NCBI GenBank assembly: GCA_963774275.1
Contig: CAVZEP010000008.1
Span: 43,858-107,857, forward strand
From: an uncultured Chloroflexia bacterium
GTDB lineage: Bacteria; Chloroflexota; Anaerolineae; Anaerolineales; UBA4823
DNA: 64,000 nucleotides
Direction: 5' to 3'
Part shown: positions 37,047 through 47,044 of the stretch, in pieces
Position numbering within the stretch: position 1 is the first letter of the stretch
How the letters are laid out: every line of letters starts with the position of its first letter
The notes under the pieces: model-generated
What the model saw: only the letters and a program-made list of their open reading frames with translations
What the model was told of the DNA's origin: nothing
Database searches by the model: none
Program-made: the position numbers and the translations under genes

Positions 37047-38835
37047 TCACCTCAACCGCTCTGAAAGTGATCGCCTTGCGCGGGCAGATTTGGGCACACA
37101 CCTCACAGCCGGTGCAGAGTTCCGCATCGATCAATGCTTTGGGGCGCTGCAGCCGGGCATCCAGCTCATCGCTCTTCAGGATTGCCGGGCAGCCAATGCG
37201 GAAGCACAGCGCACAACCATTGCACTGCTCCGCCAACACTTCCAGGGGCACCCAGCGCTTGCGTGCCTCGGGTAAGAGCACACACGGCTCACGGGTGATG
37301 AGCACAGCGGGTTCGTCGAGCTTCAGATACTCCTTCAAGGTAGCTTCGATTTGTGCCATGTCGTAGGCCGGTACAGTTTTCACCTGCCGGATGCCCAGAG
37401 CGCGCACCAGCGGCTCGAGCTCGATCACCGTGGTTTCCACACCCTGCAAAGTACGACCCGTGCCGGGGTTCTCCTGGTGACCCGTCATGCCGGTTACGCG
37501 GTTGTCCATGATGATCGTGATCACTCGGCTGCGGTTGTACACCGTGTTGATCAGTGCCGGGATGCCGGTGTGGAAGAAGGTTGAATCTCCAATCACGGCG
37601 ACGTGTCGCTCGGGGCTGCCGGCTTTGACTGCCCCATGCGCCACAGCAATGCCTGCCCCCATGCATCCGCAGGAATGAATGGCGCTGAGTGGTGGAATGA
37701 GCCCCAGGGTGTAGCAGCCGATATCACCATTCACCGGTACTTTGAGTTTGTTCAACACATAGAACGCCCCGCGGTGCGGGCAACCCGGGCAAAGCACGGG
37801 CGGGCGGGCAGGTAGGGATCCAACATCAACGGCTGGGAGTGGAATATGAGCTGATTTGGGCAGCAGACCAGCTTTAATGGCTGATTCACGCACCACACGC
37901 GGGTCAAGCTCTCCCATCAGTGGGAAGATCCTTTTCCCATCGACGGGGATGCCCATCAGCCTGACGGCTTCTTCGATGAATGGGTCCAGCTCTTCGATGA
38001 CAATCAGCCTCTCGACTGAACTCGCAAATTGCCTGATCAACCGCTCGGGGAGCGGCCAGGTCATACCCAGTCGTAAGATGGATGCATTCGGGAAGACTTC
38101 CCTGGCATATTGGTAGGCTACCCCGGCGGTGATGATCCCAAGTGATTTATCTCCTGTCTCGATCCGGTTGAACGGGAAACTCTCGGCGAACTCAGCCACA
38201 TCCAGGATGCGCTGTTCGATGATCGGATGGCGCTTGACTGCGTTCCCAGGCACCATCACATATTTCGCCGGGTTGCGCGGGAAGGGTTTGGGTTCTCCCG
38301 GCACCTCGTCGATGCGTTCGCCGAGCTCCACTGCGCTGGTGGAGTGACAGATGCGCGTGGTCAGGCGCAGCAATACGGGGGTATCAAAGCGCTCGCTCAG
38401 CCCAAAGGCTGCAATGGTCATATCCTTCGCTTCCTGGCTATCACTGGGCTCCAGGCAAGGGATGCGGGCAAATTTGGCGTAGGTGCGGTTATCCTGCTCG
38501 TTCTGGCTGGAATGCATGGCGGGGTCATCCGCGGATACGATCACCAAACCAGCTTCCATGCCGGTCATTGAGGCATACATAAAAGAATCCGCCGCCACGT
38601 TAAGCCCCACATGCTTCATGGCAGCCATCGCACGCTTGCCGGCATATGCAGCCCCAATAGCCACGTCCACAGCCACCTTTTCGTTGGGTGCCCATTCGGC
38701 ATATGTGTTGGGGTAATGTGCCAGGTCTTCCAAGATTTCAGTGCTGGGGGTGCCCGGATAGGCAGATGCAACGACAACACCAGCTTCCCATGCGCCGCGT
38801 GCCACCGCTTCATCACCCGAGAGCATTTTGATCAT
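37036..38835 (-). CDS. iorA: Indolepyruvate:ferredoxin oxidoreductase, alpha subunit (TPP and 2x[4Fe-4S])
   Basis: The motifs are MLSGDEAVARGAWEAGV...YPGTPSTEI, a GDSTFFHTG TPP block, and C-terminal CNGCALC...CP and CTGCEVC...CP clusters. Confidence 0.85.
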   Translation of the reverse strand: MIKMLSGDEAVARGAWEAGVVVASAYPGTPSTEILEDLAHYPNTYAEWAPNEKVAVDVAIGAAYAGKRAMAAMKHVGLNVAADSFMYASMTGMEAGLVIVSADDPAMHSSQNEQDNRTYAKFARIPCLEPSDSQEAKDMTIAAFGLSERFDTPVLLRLTTRICHSTSAVELGERIDEVPGEPKPFPRNPAKYVMVPGNAVKRHPIIEQRILDVAEFAESFPFNRIETGDKSLGIITAGVAYQYAREVFPNASILRLGMTWPLPERLIRQFASSVERLIVIEELDPFIEEAVRLMGIPVDGKRIFPLMGELDPRVVRESAIKAGLLPKSAHIPLPAVDVGSLPARPPVLCPGCPHRGAFYVLNKLKVPVNGDIGCYTLGLIPPLSAIHSCGCMGAGIAVAHGAVKAGSPERHVAVIGDSTFFHTGIPALINTVYNRSRVITIIMDNRVTGMTGHQENPGTGRTLQGVETTVIELEPLVRALGIRQVKTVPAYDMAQIEATLKEYLKLDEPAVLITREPCVLLPEARKRWVPLEVLAEQCNGCALCFRIGCPAILKSDELDARLQRPKALIDAELCTGCEVCAQICPRKAITFRAVEVSEV

Positions 38836-38996
38836 GTGTCCTCCACGAGTAAGTTGGTTTCTAAAATGTTTAGGTTGTTATTTTACCCCGGAAGTTGAGA
38901 TATGAGTTGAGGTGGCAATTTTAGCCTTGTGTTACAAAGCAATGCAGGGTGGTGATTGAAAGAACAAATAGAAAAACCAAAAGGGGTGGGTGAATG

Positions 38997-39026
38997 AAAA
39001 AGCCTCCGAGGTTGCGCTTCGGAAGC
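38997..39026 (-). terminator. Rho-independent terminator after the cytochrome-like gene
   Basis: On the minus strand, GCTTCCGAAG-CGCAA-CCTCGGAGGC (8-9 bp stem including one G-U) is followed by TTTTT. Confidence 0.6.
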
Positions 39027-39056
39027 AGATTTCGGCAGAGATGGAAATGATCTTTG

Positions 39057-39353
39057 CTATTTTCCAAAGTTGGTCGACAGATAATTAACCACCACTGTTT
39101 CCTCTTCCGGAGTGAGCTTTGCTCCTCTGCTGACCATCATTCCTACTATGGTTTGCCAATCTGCGGCTGAATACTTCGTCCTCTCGATCCTTGCGACCGG
39201 GTGGCATACAGAGCAGCGTTCTTGGACCAGTGAAGCGCCATCCAAATTGGTCGTAGCAGCAGGAGTGACGGTGGACGCTGCTGAGGAGCAGGCACTGGCG
39301 ACAAACATCACGAATAGCATTGATAAAAACAGTACAAACCCTCGGATTTTCAT
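39057..39353 (-). CDS. Small secreted monohaem c-type cytochrome-like protein
   Basis: It has a signal peptide with a lipobox-like VASAC and a single CSVCH haem-binding motif. It is 98 aa. Confidence 0.55.
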   Translation of the reverse strand: MKIRGFVLFLSMLFVMFVASACSSAASTVTPAATTNLDGASLVQERCSVCHPVARIERTKYSAADWQTIVGMMVSRGAKLTPEEETVVVNYLSTNFGK

Positions 39354-39604
39354 AATGCCTCCTTAATTGACTCGATTGACTATATCACATTTCAGTATGG
39401 GAATGAACAGCGTTATGATTAATGAGCAGTTAGTTATTGATAACACGAATTAATATTAAACGAACTGTTGGAATCCATTTAATGAGTTGTGCTATACTCA
39501 TTACAAGTTAGATAAGCCCGGCATCACCAACCAATTAAATAGCATCCGCGGAGGCCGCGCAAACAACATGCTTTCTGTACAAACGGTTTACCAAGGTTAC
39601 TGAT

Positions 39605-42226
39605 ATGACCGAAATCCTCTTGCATACCAAACTTGGCGTTCCATCCATACGCAATGCAGCCGTTGCCCGGTCTCGCTTGTTGAAACAGGTAAATGGTGGG
39701 TTGGTGCAGGGGAGTGAATTCCTGCGCAAACTGACCCTTGTATCTGCACCGGCAGGGTATGGGAAGACTACCCTGATCGCTGAATGGCTGCATGGGTTGG
39801 ATTTGCCTGCTGCATGGTTATCACTGGATGAGTCAGATAACGATCCCAATCGTTTTATGGCTTACCTAATCGCTGCGCTTCAATCCATCCAACCGGGATT
39901 TGGGGGATCCATCCAGGCAATGATCCAAACACCACAATCTCCACCGGCTGAGATTCTCCTGACCATCATGCTCAATGAGCTTGCGTCTCTTCCAGCATTG
40001 ACGGTTTTGGTTCTGGATGACTACCATGTGATCAACAACCTTGCCATCCACAAACAAATCTCCTTCCTTTTGGAACATCTGCCACCCCGAAACCACCTGG
40101 TCTTGATCACCCGAGAAGATCCCCTGATCACCGTTTCCCGATTACGGGCTGGTAATCAGCTGCTTGAAATCCGGCAGGATGACCTGAGGTTCACCCTGGA
40201 GGAAATATCGAATTTTATGCGACTTGCGATGCAGCTGGACCTGTCGGATGACGATATGATCGCCCTGGAGCGCCGGACCGAAGGCTGGATCGCAGGCCTG
40301 CAGCTGGCAGCCCTTTCATTGCATGGGCTGAGGGATAAAAACAGCTTCATTCAGGCATTCACCGGCAGCAACCGGTATATTTTAGAGTACCTGATTGAGG
40401 AAGTGTTCGATCGGCAATCGGCTGAAGTGCAGAGCTTTTTATTGAAAACTGCAATCCTGGATCGTTTATCCGGCTCCCTGTGTGATGCCGTGGCAGAAAG
40501 AACCGGAAGCCGTGTATTGCTCGAGAGGTTGGAGCAATCGAACATGTTCATTGTGCCTCTGGATCAGTCCAGAACCTGGTATCGCTATCATCATTTGTTT
40601 TCTGAGCTGCTCCAGCACCAGCAACATCTGGCTGGACTCTCCCCAGATGTCTCCGTGCTTCACCAGCGTGCCAGCCGGTGGTTTAAGGCGGAGGGATACA
40701 TCGACGAGGCGATTGGGCATTCATTAGCAGCCCGCGATTGGGGGATGGCAGCCCAGCTCATTGGTCAGGAGAGCGATAGGATGTTCAAACAGGGTGAAGT
40801 TGTCACCCTCATTGGCTGGCTGGAGAAACTGCCCAAGGAGCTCATCCTATCCCAACCTGCTCTATGCATGACTTACGCCTGGGCTTTGCTGTTAACTGGA
40901 AAATATGACCTGGCTGAACCCGTATTGGATCAGGCGCAAAAACTTGCCCAACCTGGCTCAGTCTTCCTCGGGCAGGTGGCAACAGCCCAGGCATACCTGG
41001 CGAGATCGGTGGGGAATAACCCGCGCGTGATTGAAACATCCCAGCTGGCATTATCCCTTCTGCCAGAGGCGGATTACAATTCCCGCAGTACCTTGTTAAT
41101 GAACCTCGGTCTGGTCCACTGGCACGAGGGACGTCTGGAGCAAGCCGAGCACACATTATTGGAGGCGCAAAGTAACGCCCAACAATGCAACAACCTGTAC
41201 ATTCAATTGACGTCTGAGCTCTTCATTGCCCGAACGTTGGCTTCACGCGGGGCTATCCGTGAAGCAGCCGGGAGATATCCAGGGATTATCCAAAAAGGAA
41301 CCCAGGTACCGGTGACTGCCCTGGCATATTTTGATTTGGGTTCGCTATATTATGAATGGGATGAGCTGGAGCAAGCCGAATTCAACCTGCAGAAAGGTTT
41401 GGAATTATGCCAGCGAACTCGAAACGTGGAATTTCAGACCGCCGGATTAATTTTGCAGACTCATCTGGCACTTGCTCGGCAGGACTGGGATGCGGCTTCC
41501 AATACCATCGACCAGGCGTGTTCGCTAGCTAGTGACTTTTCTCTGCAGATCCGCAGGCGTTGTGCAGCTTGCCAGGCCCAGGTTGCACTGGCTATAGGGG
41601 ATGTGAAATCTGCCACCCGCTGGCTGGAGCAAGCCTCGGAGAATGTAGATTCTCATCCGTTCTATCGTTTTTTAGGCCTTAACCGACCACGGCTACTTAT
41701 CGCTCAAGGGATGCATGAGCTGGCAGCCGAACAGCTAAGGATTAGTTATGAAACCGCCTCGCAGGCTGGTTGGGGTTATGGTCTGATTGCTGTGCGTATC
41801 TTGCAAGCCTTTTCTGCCCCGAAAGGCGAATCTGCGCTTGAATTTCTTACCGATGCACTGCACCGTGCGCAACCAGGAGGATATCTGCGCACATTTGTGG
41901 ATGCCGGCATGGGTCTCGTCCCGCTTCTCATGGATGCAGCCCAGCGAGGCGTCACGCCAGAATATTCGGGACGGATACTTGCTGCCCTGGGGAAAAAAAT
42001 TATGCTCCCCGCTAAGGAACATACGAGATTAGTCGAGCCGTTAAGTGAGCGTGAGCTCGAGGTGCTCAGGCTGGTGACCGTGGGATTATCGAACCGCGAA
42101 ATCGCCGGGAAATTGTTCATCAGCCCTGGTACCGCAAAAACCCATATCCATAACCTGTGTGGGAAGCTGGGCGTTCGTAACCGCACAGAGGCCGCTACGC
42201 GTGCCAAAGAACTGGGTTTAGTCTAA
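39605..42226 (+). CDS. MalT-like LuxR-family transcriptional regulator (STAND ATPase, helical repeats and LuxR HTH)
   Basis: Walker A is LVSAPAGYGKTT and Walker B is LVLDDYH. The C-terminus reads LSERELEVLRLVTVGLSNREIAGKLFISPGTAKTHIHNLCGKLGV. Confidence 0.85.
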   Translation: MTEILLHTKLGVPSIRNAAVARSRLLKQVNGGLVQGSEFLRKLTLVSAPAGYGKTTLIAEWLHGLDLPAAWLSLDESDNDPNRFMAYLIAALQSIQPGFGGSIQAMIQTPQSPPAEILLTIMLNELASLPALTVLVLDDYHVINNLAIHKQISFLLEHLPPRNHLVLITREDPLITVSRLRAGNQLLEIRQDDLRFTLEEISNFMRLAMQLDLSDDDMIALERRTEGWIAGLQLAALSLHGLRDKNSFIQAFTGSNRYILEYLIEEVFDRQSAEVQSFLLKTAILDRLSGSLCDAVAERTGSRVLLERLEQSNMFIVPLDQSRTWYRYHHLFSELLQHQQHLAGLSPDVSVLHQRASRWFKAEGYIDEAIGHSLAARDWGMAAQLIGQESDRMFKQGEVVTLIGWLEKLPKELILSQPALCMTYAWALLLTGKYDLAEPVLDQAQKLAQPGSVFLGQVATAQAYLARSVGNNPRVIETSQLALSLLPEADYNSRSTLLMNLGLVHWHEGRLEQAEHTLLEAQSNAQQCNNLYIQLTSELFIARTLASRGAIREAAGRYPGIIQKGTQVPVTALAYFDLGSLYYEWDELEQAEFNLQKGLELCQRTRNVEFQTAGLILQTHLALARQDWDAASNTIDQACSLASDFSLQIRRRCAACQAQVALAIGDVKSATRWLEQASENVDSHPFYRFLGLNRPRLLIAQGMHELAAEQLRISYETASQAGWGYGLIAVRILQAFSAPKGESALEFLTDALHRAQPGGYLRTFVDAGMGLVPLLMDAAQRGVTPEYSGRILAALGKKIMLPAKEHTRLVEPLSERELEVLRLVTVGLSNREIAGKLFISPGTAKTHIHNLCGKLGVRNRTEAATRAKELGLV

Positions 42227-42391
42227 GTATGCTCGTGGCAGGGTCACCAAGCATAAAGTAATCTGAACAAATTTCATCATAAACCCTCAAATCAACCCTC
42301 TAAATACACCATTTGGTAGATGATTTTCATATTCTAATCTGGTAAAGTAAAACCAATCTAAATATTTTTATTAAACAAGAGGAGATTGATA

Positions 42392-42973
42392 ATGAATAAG
42401 ACGCAAATCGTTTGGGGAGTAATTTGCCTGGTTGTGGCTGCAGCCCTTGCGGTCCTGAACCTTATCCTGCCCCCCGAGAGTTTTATGTTCCAAATCGGTG
42501 AGAGAAATATGCCCTGGGTCCCGCCAGTCGTGATTGGCATCGTTGGAATTGTCCTGTTGGCAACCGCCAGAAAGAGTGATGAGCAAACTACACCAGTTGA
42601 ACAGGATAAACCCGGACAGGATCCTGAAAAAACTGCCCTCAACAAACGTCTCGAATCTGTCGCCTGGGGACTGTTCCTGATCATGCTGGGTGGTTTTGCC
42701 CTGGTGCCGGATGATACCATCCCGAGTGGGGTTTGGTCCATCGGTATCGGCGTCATTATGCTCGGCTTGAATGCTGCCCGCTACTTCTTCAAGATCAGGA
42801 TGAGCGGTTTCACCACTGTTTTAGGTTTCCTCTCACTTTTGGGTGGGTTCGCTGAGCTGTTCATGAAGACCTCACTGGATGGAGCGCTTCTGCTTATCAT
42901 CCTGGGTGCGTATCTGATCCTCAAGCCATGGTTCGAAAAAAGAAAGTTGTTTGGCAAGGCAGAAGAAGCCTGA
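42392..42973 (+). CDS. Hypothetical integral membrane protein
   Basis: It has 5-6 hydrophobic segments. AGAGGAG precedes ATG 42392. Confidence 0.55.
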   Translation: MNKTQIVWGVICLVVAAALAVLNLILPPESFMFQIGERNMPWVPPVVIGIVGIVLLATARKSDEQTTPVEQDKPGQDPEKTALNKRLESVAWGLFLIMLGGFALVPDDTIPSGVWSIGIGVIMLGLNAARYFFKIRMSGFTTVLGFLSLLGGFAELFMKTSLDGALLLIILGAYLILKPWFEKRKLFGKAEEA

Positions 42974-43138
42974 ACTCTCATTGCATATCGTTACGCCTCG
43001 AGGGCATGCGGATTATTGCGGCCCTCGAAGCAGGAGATCAAGGTTGGATAAATGGATTGAAGGAATGATTTTTCTACAGGCAACCGCAATTCAAACTGGT
43101 TGCTTCAGGAACTAACCCCAAAGAGAGGAAGAGAATTT

Positions 43139-44148
43139 ATGCCAGCGATATTGGAAGTCGAAAATCTTGTCAAGAAATATGGTGACTTTGAGGCCGTCAA
43201 AGGGATCAGCTTTTTCCGTCGAGCAGGGGGAAGTATTTGGGCTGTTAGGTCCGAATGGTGCAGGAAAAACCCAAACCATTTCCATGCTCACCGGCGTCAT
43301 CCCACCCACAGCCGGTACAGCGCGCATCGGTGGTTATGATCTCCACAAAGAGCCGGACCAGGTTAAGAAGATCAATGGTCTGGTACCGCAAGACCTGGCG
43401 CTTTACCCCACCCTCAGCGCACGCGCCAATTTGAATTTCTTTGGACGTATCTATGGCTTACATGGTCACGAGCTTAAGGAACGCGTCGAAGATGTGTTGC
43501 GTATTGTCGCTCTCACCGAGCGCGCCGACCAGGTGGTGGACAAATTCTCGGGTGGGATGAAGCGCAGGGTAAATATCGCCGCCGGCCTGGTGCACCAGCC
43601 ACGATTGCTCTTCCTGGATGAGCCAACCGTCGGTGTAGACCCACAGAGCCGCAACCATATCTTCGAGAGCGTGCAGCGTCTCAACCGTGAGCGTGGTATG
43701 AGTGTCGTTTATACCAGCCATTATATGGAAGAAGTGGAGACCCTGTGTAACCGGGCAGCCATCATCGATGAAGGTCGCATCATCGCCTATGGACACGATC
43801 AAGAACCTGATTGCCTTGTTGGGCGGTGGGGTAGTTTACGTAGGTGTTAACCAGGTGGATGAGACCAACCTTAAAGAGCTCTCAACCCTCCCAGCGGTCA
43901 AGGAAGCTGCCCTGGTGCCCCAACCTCCTGCCCCGCCGGCACCTGATGGTAAAGAATCCACGGTGGAAGCAAAACCAGTAACAATTAACCCGGTGGTCAA
44001 GATTGTAGCCAAGAACAATCAGCAAGCCGTGGTGAATGTGCTTGGCTACCTTAACCAACATGATATCGTCATCACCTCACTGGAGATCATGCAGCCCAAC
44101 CTGGAGAGTGTCTTCCTGCATCTCACCGGGAAGAAACTGAGGGAGTAA
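43139..44148 (+). pseudogene. ABC transporter ATP-binding protein with C-terminal extension; two frame breaks (T5 run 43211-43215 and ~43793-43795)
   Basis: Piece 1 reads MPAILEVENLVKKYGDFEAVKGISF. Piece 2 reads SVEQGEVFGLLGPNGAGKTQ...FSGGMKRR...LFLDEPTVG...IIAYG. Piece 3 reads TIKNLIALLGG...LESVFLHLTG. Each junction needs a +1 shift. Confidence 0.8.
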
Positions 44149-44154
44149 GCTGAG

Positions 44155-45399
44155 ATGAAAACGATAAGTATTGCGCTCAAAGATCTTCAGATCTTGTTCA
44201 AAGACCGTGGCACGCTATTCCAGTTATTCATCCTTCCCCTGTTGTTCATCATGGTTTTTAGCGGTGCCCTGGGAGCTATCGGCAACGTCGAAGCGGTTAG
44301 TTTACCCAATCTTGCGATCGTTGATCTGGATGGAGGCACAGCTGCACAATCCCTGATAAGTAAGATTGCAGCGGATGGAAGTCTGACCGTTCAATCTTTA
44401 TCCGTTAGCGATGCTCAAACACAGCTGGATGAAAATAATGCGCTTGGTATTCTGACCATCCCTTCCGGGTTCACAAGCGGTGTCCAACAAAGCACCCCGG
44501 TCACTTTGGTCTTATCGACCGGAACGAGCTCTGATCCCCAGCAGGTGGAGGCAGCCCGGCTGGTCCTTGAAAGTATCGCCGCAGATATGACCCTGGAAAG
44601 CCAGATCATCGCCAGCTTAAAGCAGATGGGTGACATGCAAGCCAGTGCTCCACCAGAAAACCGGGTCTTTAATACTGAGCGAATCCTGGCACAGGCACAC
44701 AGCCAGTTCGAGCAAGCTCAAGCCCGACCATTGATCAATATCGTCCAATCTGTCCCGCAGCAGGAGGCAGGGAAGGAAAGCACGCCCGACCTCAGCCAGT
44801 CGGCTGTCCCGGGTTTTACAGTCCTGTTTGTTTTCCTGGCTGCCCAGACCACAGCACGCTCCATTTATGAAGAGAAAAAGATCGGCTCATTCCGCCGTTT
44901 GGTGGCCGCCCCGATAAGCAAGGTTGAGCTTCTGATTGGCAAAATCCTGCCCAATTTCATCACTGGTCTGGTCCAAATTGCGGTTATTTTTGCTTTTGGC
45001 AGCCTGGGGATGCGCTTGCTTGGATTGACCCCATTGCCCATTGAGAAAGCCCCGCTAGGCACGCTCCTGATTGCTGTGGTGCTCGCGCTTTGCTCCAGTG
45101 CATTCGGCATTGCCATCGCCGCCATCGCCCACACCGAAAATCAAATCAGTGGGTTGAGCACCCTTTTGTTATGGGGCATGGGTCTTTTAGGCGGAAGCCT
45201 CATTCCTCTGTTTGTATTGGAGCGTTTTCTTGGTTCTATCCCGATGATCGTGCCTCATTACTGGGCGAACAGGGCACTGGATGACCTGCTGATCCGCGGC
45301 CTGGGTATGGCTGACGTAGCCCTCGATGTAGGCGTGCTGCTCGGTTTTAGCCTGCTCTTTTTTGCTATCGGGCTGTGGCGCTTCGATTTTGAACGCTAG
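44155..45399 (+). CDS. ABC-2 family transporter permease
   Basis: The N-terminus reads ALKDLQILFKDRGTLFQLFILPLLFI, followed by a large extracytoplasmic loop and 5 C-terminal TM segments. Confidence 0.75.
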   Translation: MKTISIALKDLQILFKDRGTLFQLFILPLLFIMVFSGALGAIGNVEAVSLPNLAIVDLDGGTAAQSLISKIAADGSLTVQSLSVSDAQTQLDENNALGILTIPSGFTSGVQQSTPVTLVLSTGTSSDPQQVEAARLVLESIAADMTLESQIIASLKQMGDMQASAPPENRVFNTERILAQAHSQFEQAQARPLINIVQSVPQQEAGKESTPDLSQSAVPGFTVLFVFLAAQTTARSIYEEKKIGSFRRLVAAPISKVELLIGKILPNFITGLVQIAVIFAFGSLGMRLLGLTPLPIEKAPLGTLLIAVVLALCSSAFGIAIAAIAHTENQISGLSTLLLWGMGLLGGSLIPLFVLERFLGSIPMIVPHYWANRALDDLLIRGLGMADVALDVGVLLGFSLLFFAIGLWRFDFER

Positions 45400-45418
45400 T
45401 GGATACAGGAGCATGAAT

Positions 45419-46684
45419 ATGAAATCAATCTTCTTCACACTATCCGTTGCCTGGAAAGAAATCCAGGTCATCTCTAAAGAACGCGCCTGGCTGGTGATCC
45501 TGTTCCTGCTGCCGCTGATGATCGGTGGTTTTATGGGTGGTGCTAACCTGGTGATGTCCCGCTCTGAAGGTGATGTTATTCTATTGGAGGTAGGTTTGGT
45601 GAACCAGGATCCCGGCACCTTTGGGATGGAAATGGCCAAGGTGATCCACTCCATTGAGCAGCTGCAGGTCAGCGACTTCAGCGATGTTTCTGCGGCTGAG
45701 CAACAGGTGGCAAAAGGCAAGGCAACCGCAGCTATTATCATCCCCGCTGATTTCAGCCAAAAAATTGATGGTTATACTCCCTCCATGATTGAAGTGATTG
45801 TGGATCCGGCAGAACCTGACGCAGCCAGTATCGTTACTGGGATCGTGAAGCAGGTGGCAAGTGAGTTCGCCATATGGGGCGAGGTTCAATATGGCGTGCG
45901 TACCATCCTGAATGAAGCGGGTGTTTTAGCAGCTGCCAGCCCCCAGGAGCTAGTTGCCATTGAAGCCCAAAACCAGGGCGTGGTGATGACACGCATCAAT
46001 GAAATGCGCACCAACCCTGTAATTGCCGTTTCTGTTGAAGATCCTGCGGGAGTCGAAATAGGTCCCACGATGGGAACTTTCTTTGCCTACATGTTTCCAG
46101 GACTCACGGTGATGTTCATTTTTTTCATCGTTGGCATGTCTGGTGGCACTTTATTAGCTGAGCGCGAGGCAGGCACTTTACGCCGCTTGCTGACAGCGCC
46201 CATACCACGTGGGGCAATCCTGGCCGGGAAAATTCTGGCGTATATGCTCCTGGCATGTATGCAAGTGGTGGTGGTATTTACCGTTGCTGGGCTGGTTTTC
46301 GGTACCCCATTGGGAAAATCCCCCTTCGGCTTGGTTGTGCTGACCCTGGTGGTGGCGTTCAATGCAGCTGCTTTAGGTATGCTGGTAGCTGCCCTGGCAA
46401 AAACTGCCAAACAGGCGGATGGCATTGGTGTGATCATGGCATTTGTCCTGGCAGGATTAGGAGGGGCGCTTGCCATGAGCCCCACACCTTTATTCCGAGC
46501 AGGTGGCTTTTTCGGCATGATCTCCAGGCTCACCCCACAGAATCACGCCGTGGAAGGTTATTACATGTTCATGGCGGAAAACGCATCCTTTATCCAAGTT
46601 TTACCGCAGATGGGTATCTTATTGGGTATGGGCATCGTATTCTTCCTGATTGCTCTATGGAAGTTCAAGTTTGATAAGGTATAA
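45419..46684 (+). CDS. ABC-2 family transporter permease (second)
   Basis: It has the same architecture (WKEIQVISKERAWLVILFLLPLMI..., then ERE-GTL-RRLLTAP). AGGAG lies 7 nt before ATG 45419. Confidence 0.75.
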   Translation: MKSIFFTLSVAWKEIQVISKERAWLVILFLLPLMIGGFMGGANLVMSRSEGDVILLEVGLVNQDPGTFGMEMAKVIHSIEQLQVSDFSDVSAAEQQVAKGKATAAIIIPADFSQKIDGYTPSMIEVIVDPAEPDAASIVTGIVKQVASEFAIWGEVQYGVRTILNEAGVLAAASPQELVAIEAQNQGVVMTRINEMRTNPVIAVSVEDPAGVEIGPTMGTFFAYMFPGLTVMFIFFIVGMSGGTLLAEREAGTLRRLLTAPIPRGAILAGKILAYMLLACMQVVVVFTVAGLVFGTPLGKSPFGLVVLTLVVAFNAAALGMLVAALAKTAKQADGIGVIMAFVLAGLGGALAMSPTPLFRAGGFFGMISRLTPQNHAVEGYYMFMAENASFIQVLPQMGILLGMGIVFFLIALWKFKFDKV

Positions 46685-46714
46685 CCCTGGAGTACAGAAT
46701 TAACGGAGCCAGAT

Positions 46715-46945
46715 ATGCAGATAGTGACCATCAGGATTAAGGGTGTGATCGATGAAAGCTGGTCGGAATGTTTCGAGGGATTTAAACTCAGCCACCCGAG
46801 ACCCGATGAGACCGTCATCACCGGCCTGGTGGATGATCAAGCTGCTTTTTACGGGCTGATCGGCAAGCTACGGGACCTGGGACTTCAGCTTTTGGCAGTC
46901 AATTCAATCGATGAGCCGGATGAAACAAAGCTGGAGGCAGGATGA
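46715..46945 (+). CDS. Small hypothetical protein (76 aa)
   Basis: The ORF lies 30 nt after the permease gene. The motif VDDQAAFYGLIGKLRDLGLQLLAV is one I recall in small uncharacterised proteins. Confidence 0.5.
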   Translation: MQIVTIRIKGVIDESWSECFEGFKLSHPRPDETVITGLVDDQAAFYGLIGKLRDLGLQLLAVNSIDEPDETKLEAG

Positions 46946-47001
46946 TGGATAATAAATATGAACAGGGCTTCCGATAAATAACTAGCTATCGAAACTCACT
47001 G

Positions 47002-47034
47002 ATCACCCCACCATGCATCATATCGTGGGGTGAT
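47002..47034. terminator. Hairpin between convergent genes (10-bp stem ATCACCCCAC/GTGGGGTGAT, 13-nt loop)
   Basis: Read directly. The U-tracts are weak on both strands (TTGCTT on plus). Confidence 0.4.
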
Positions 47035-47044
47035 TTGCTTAAAT

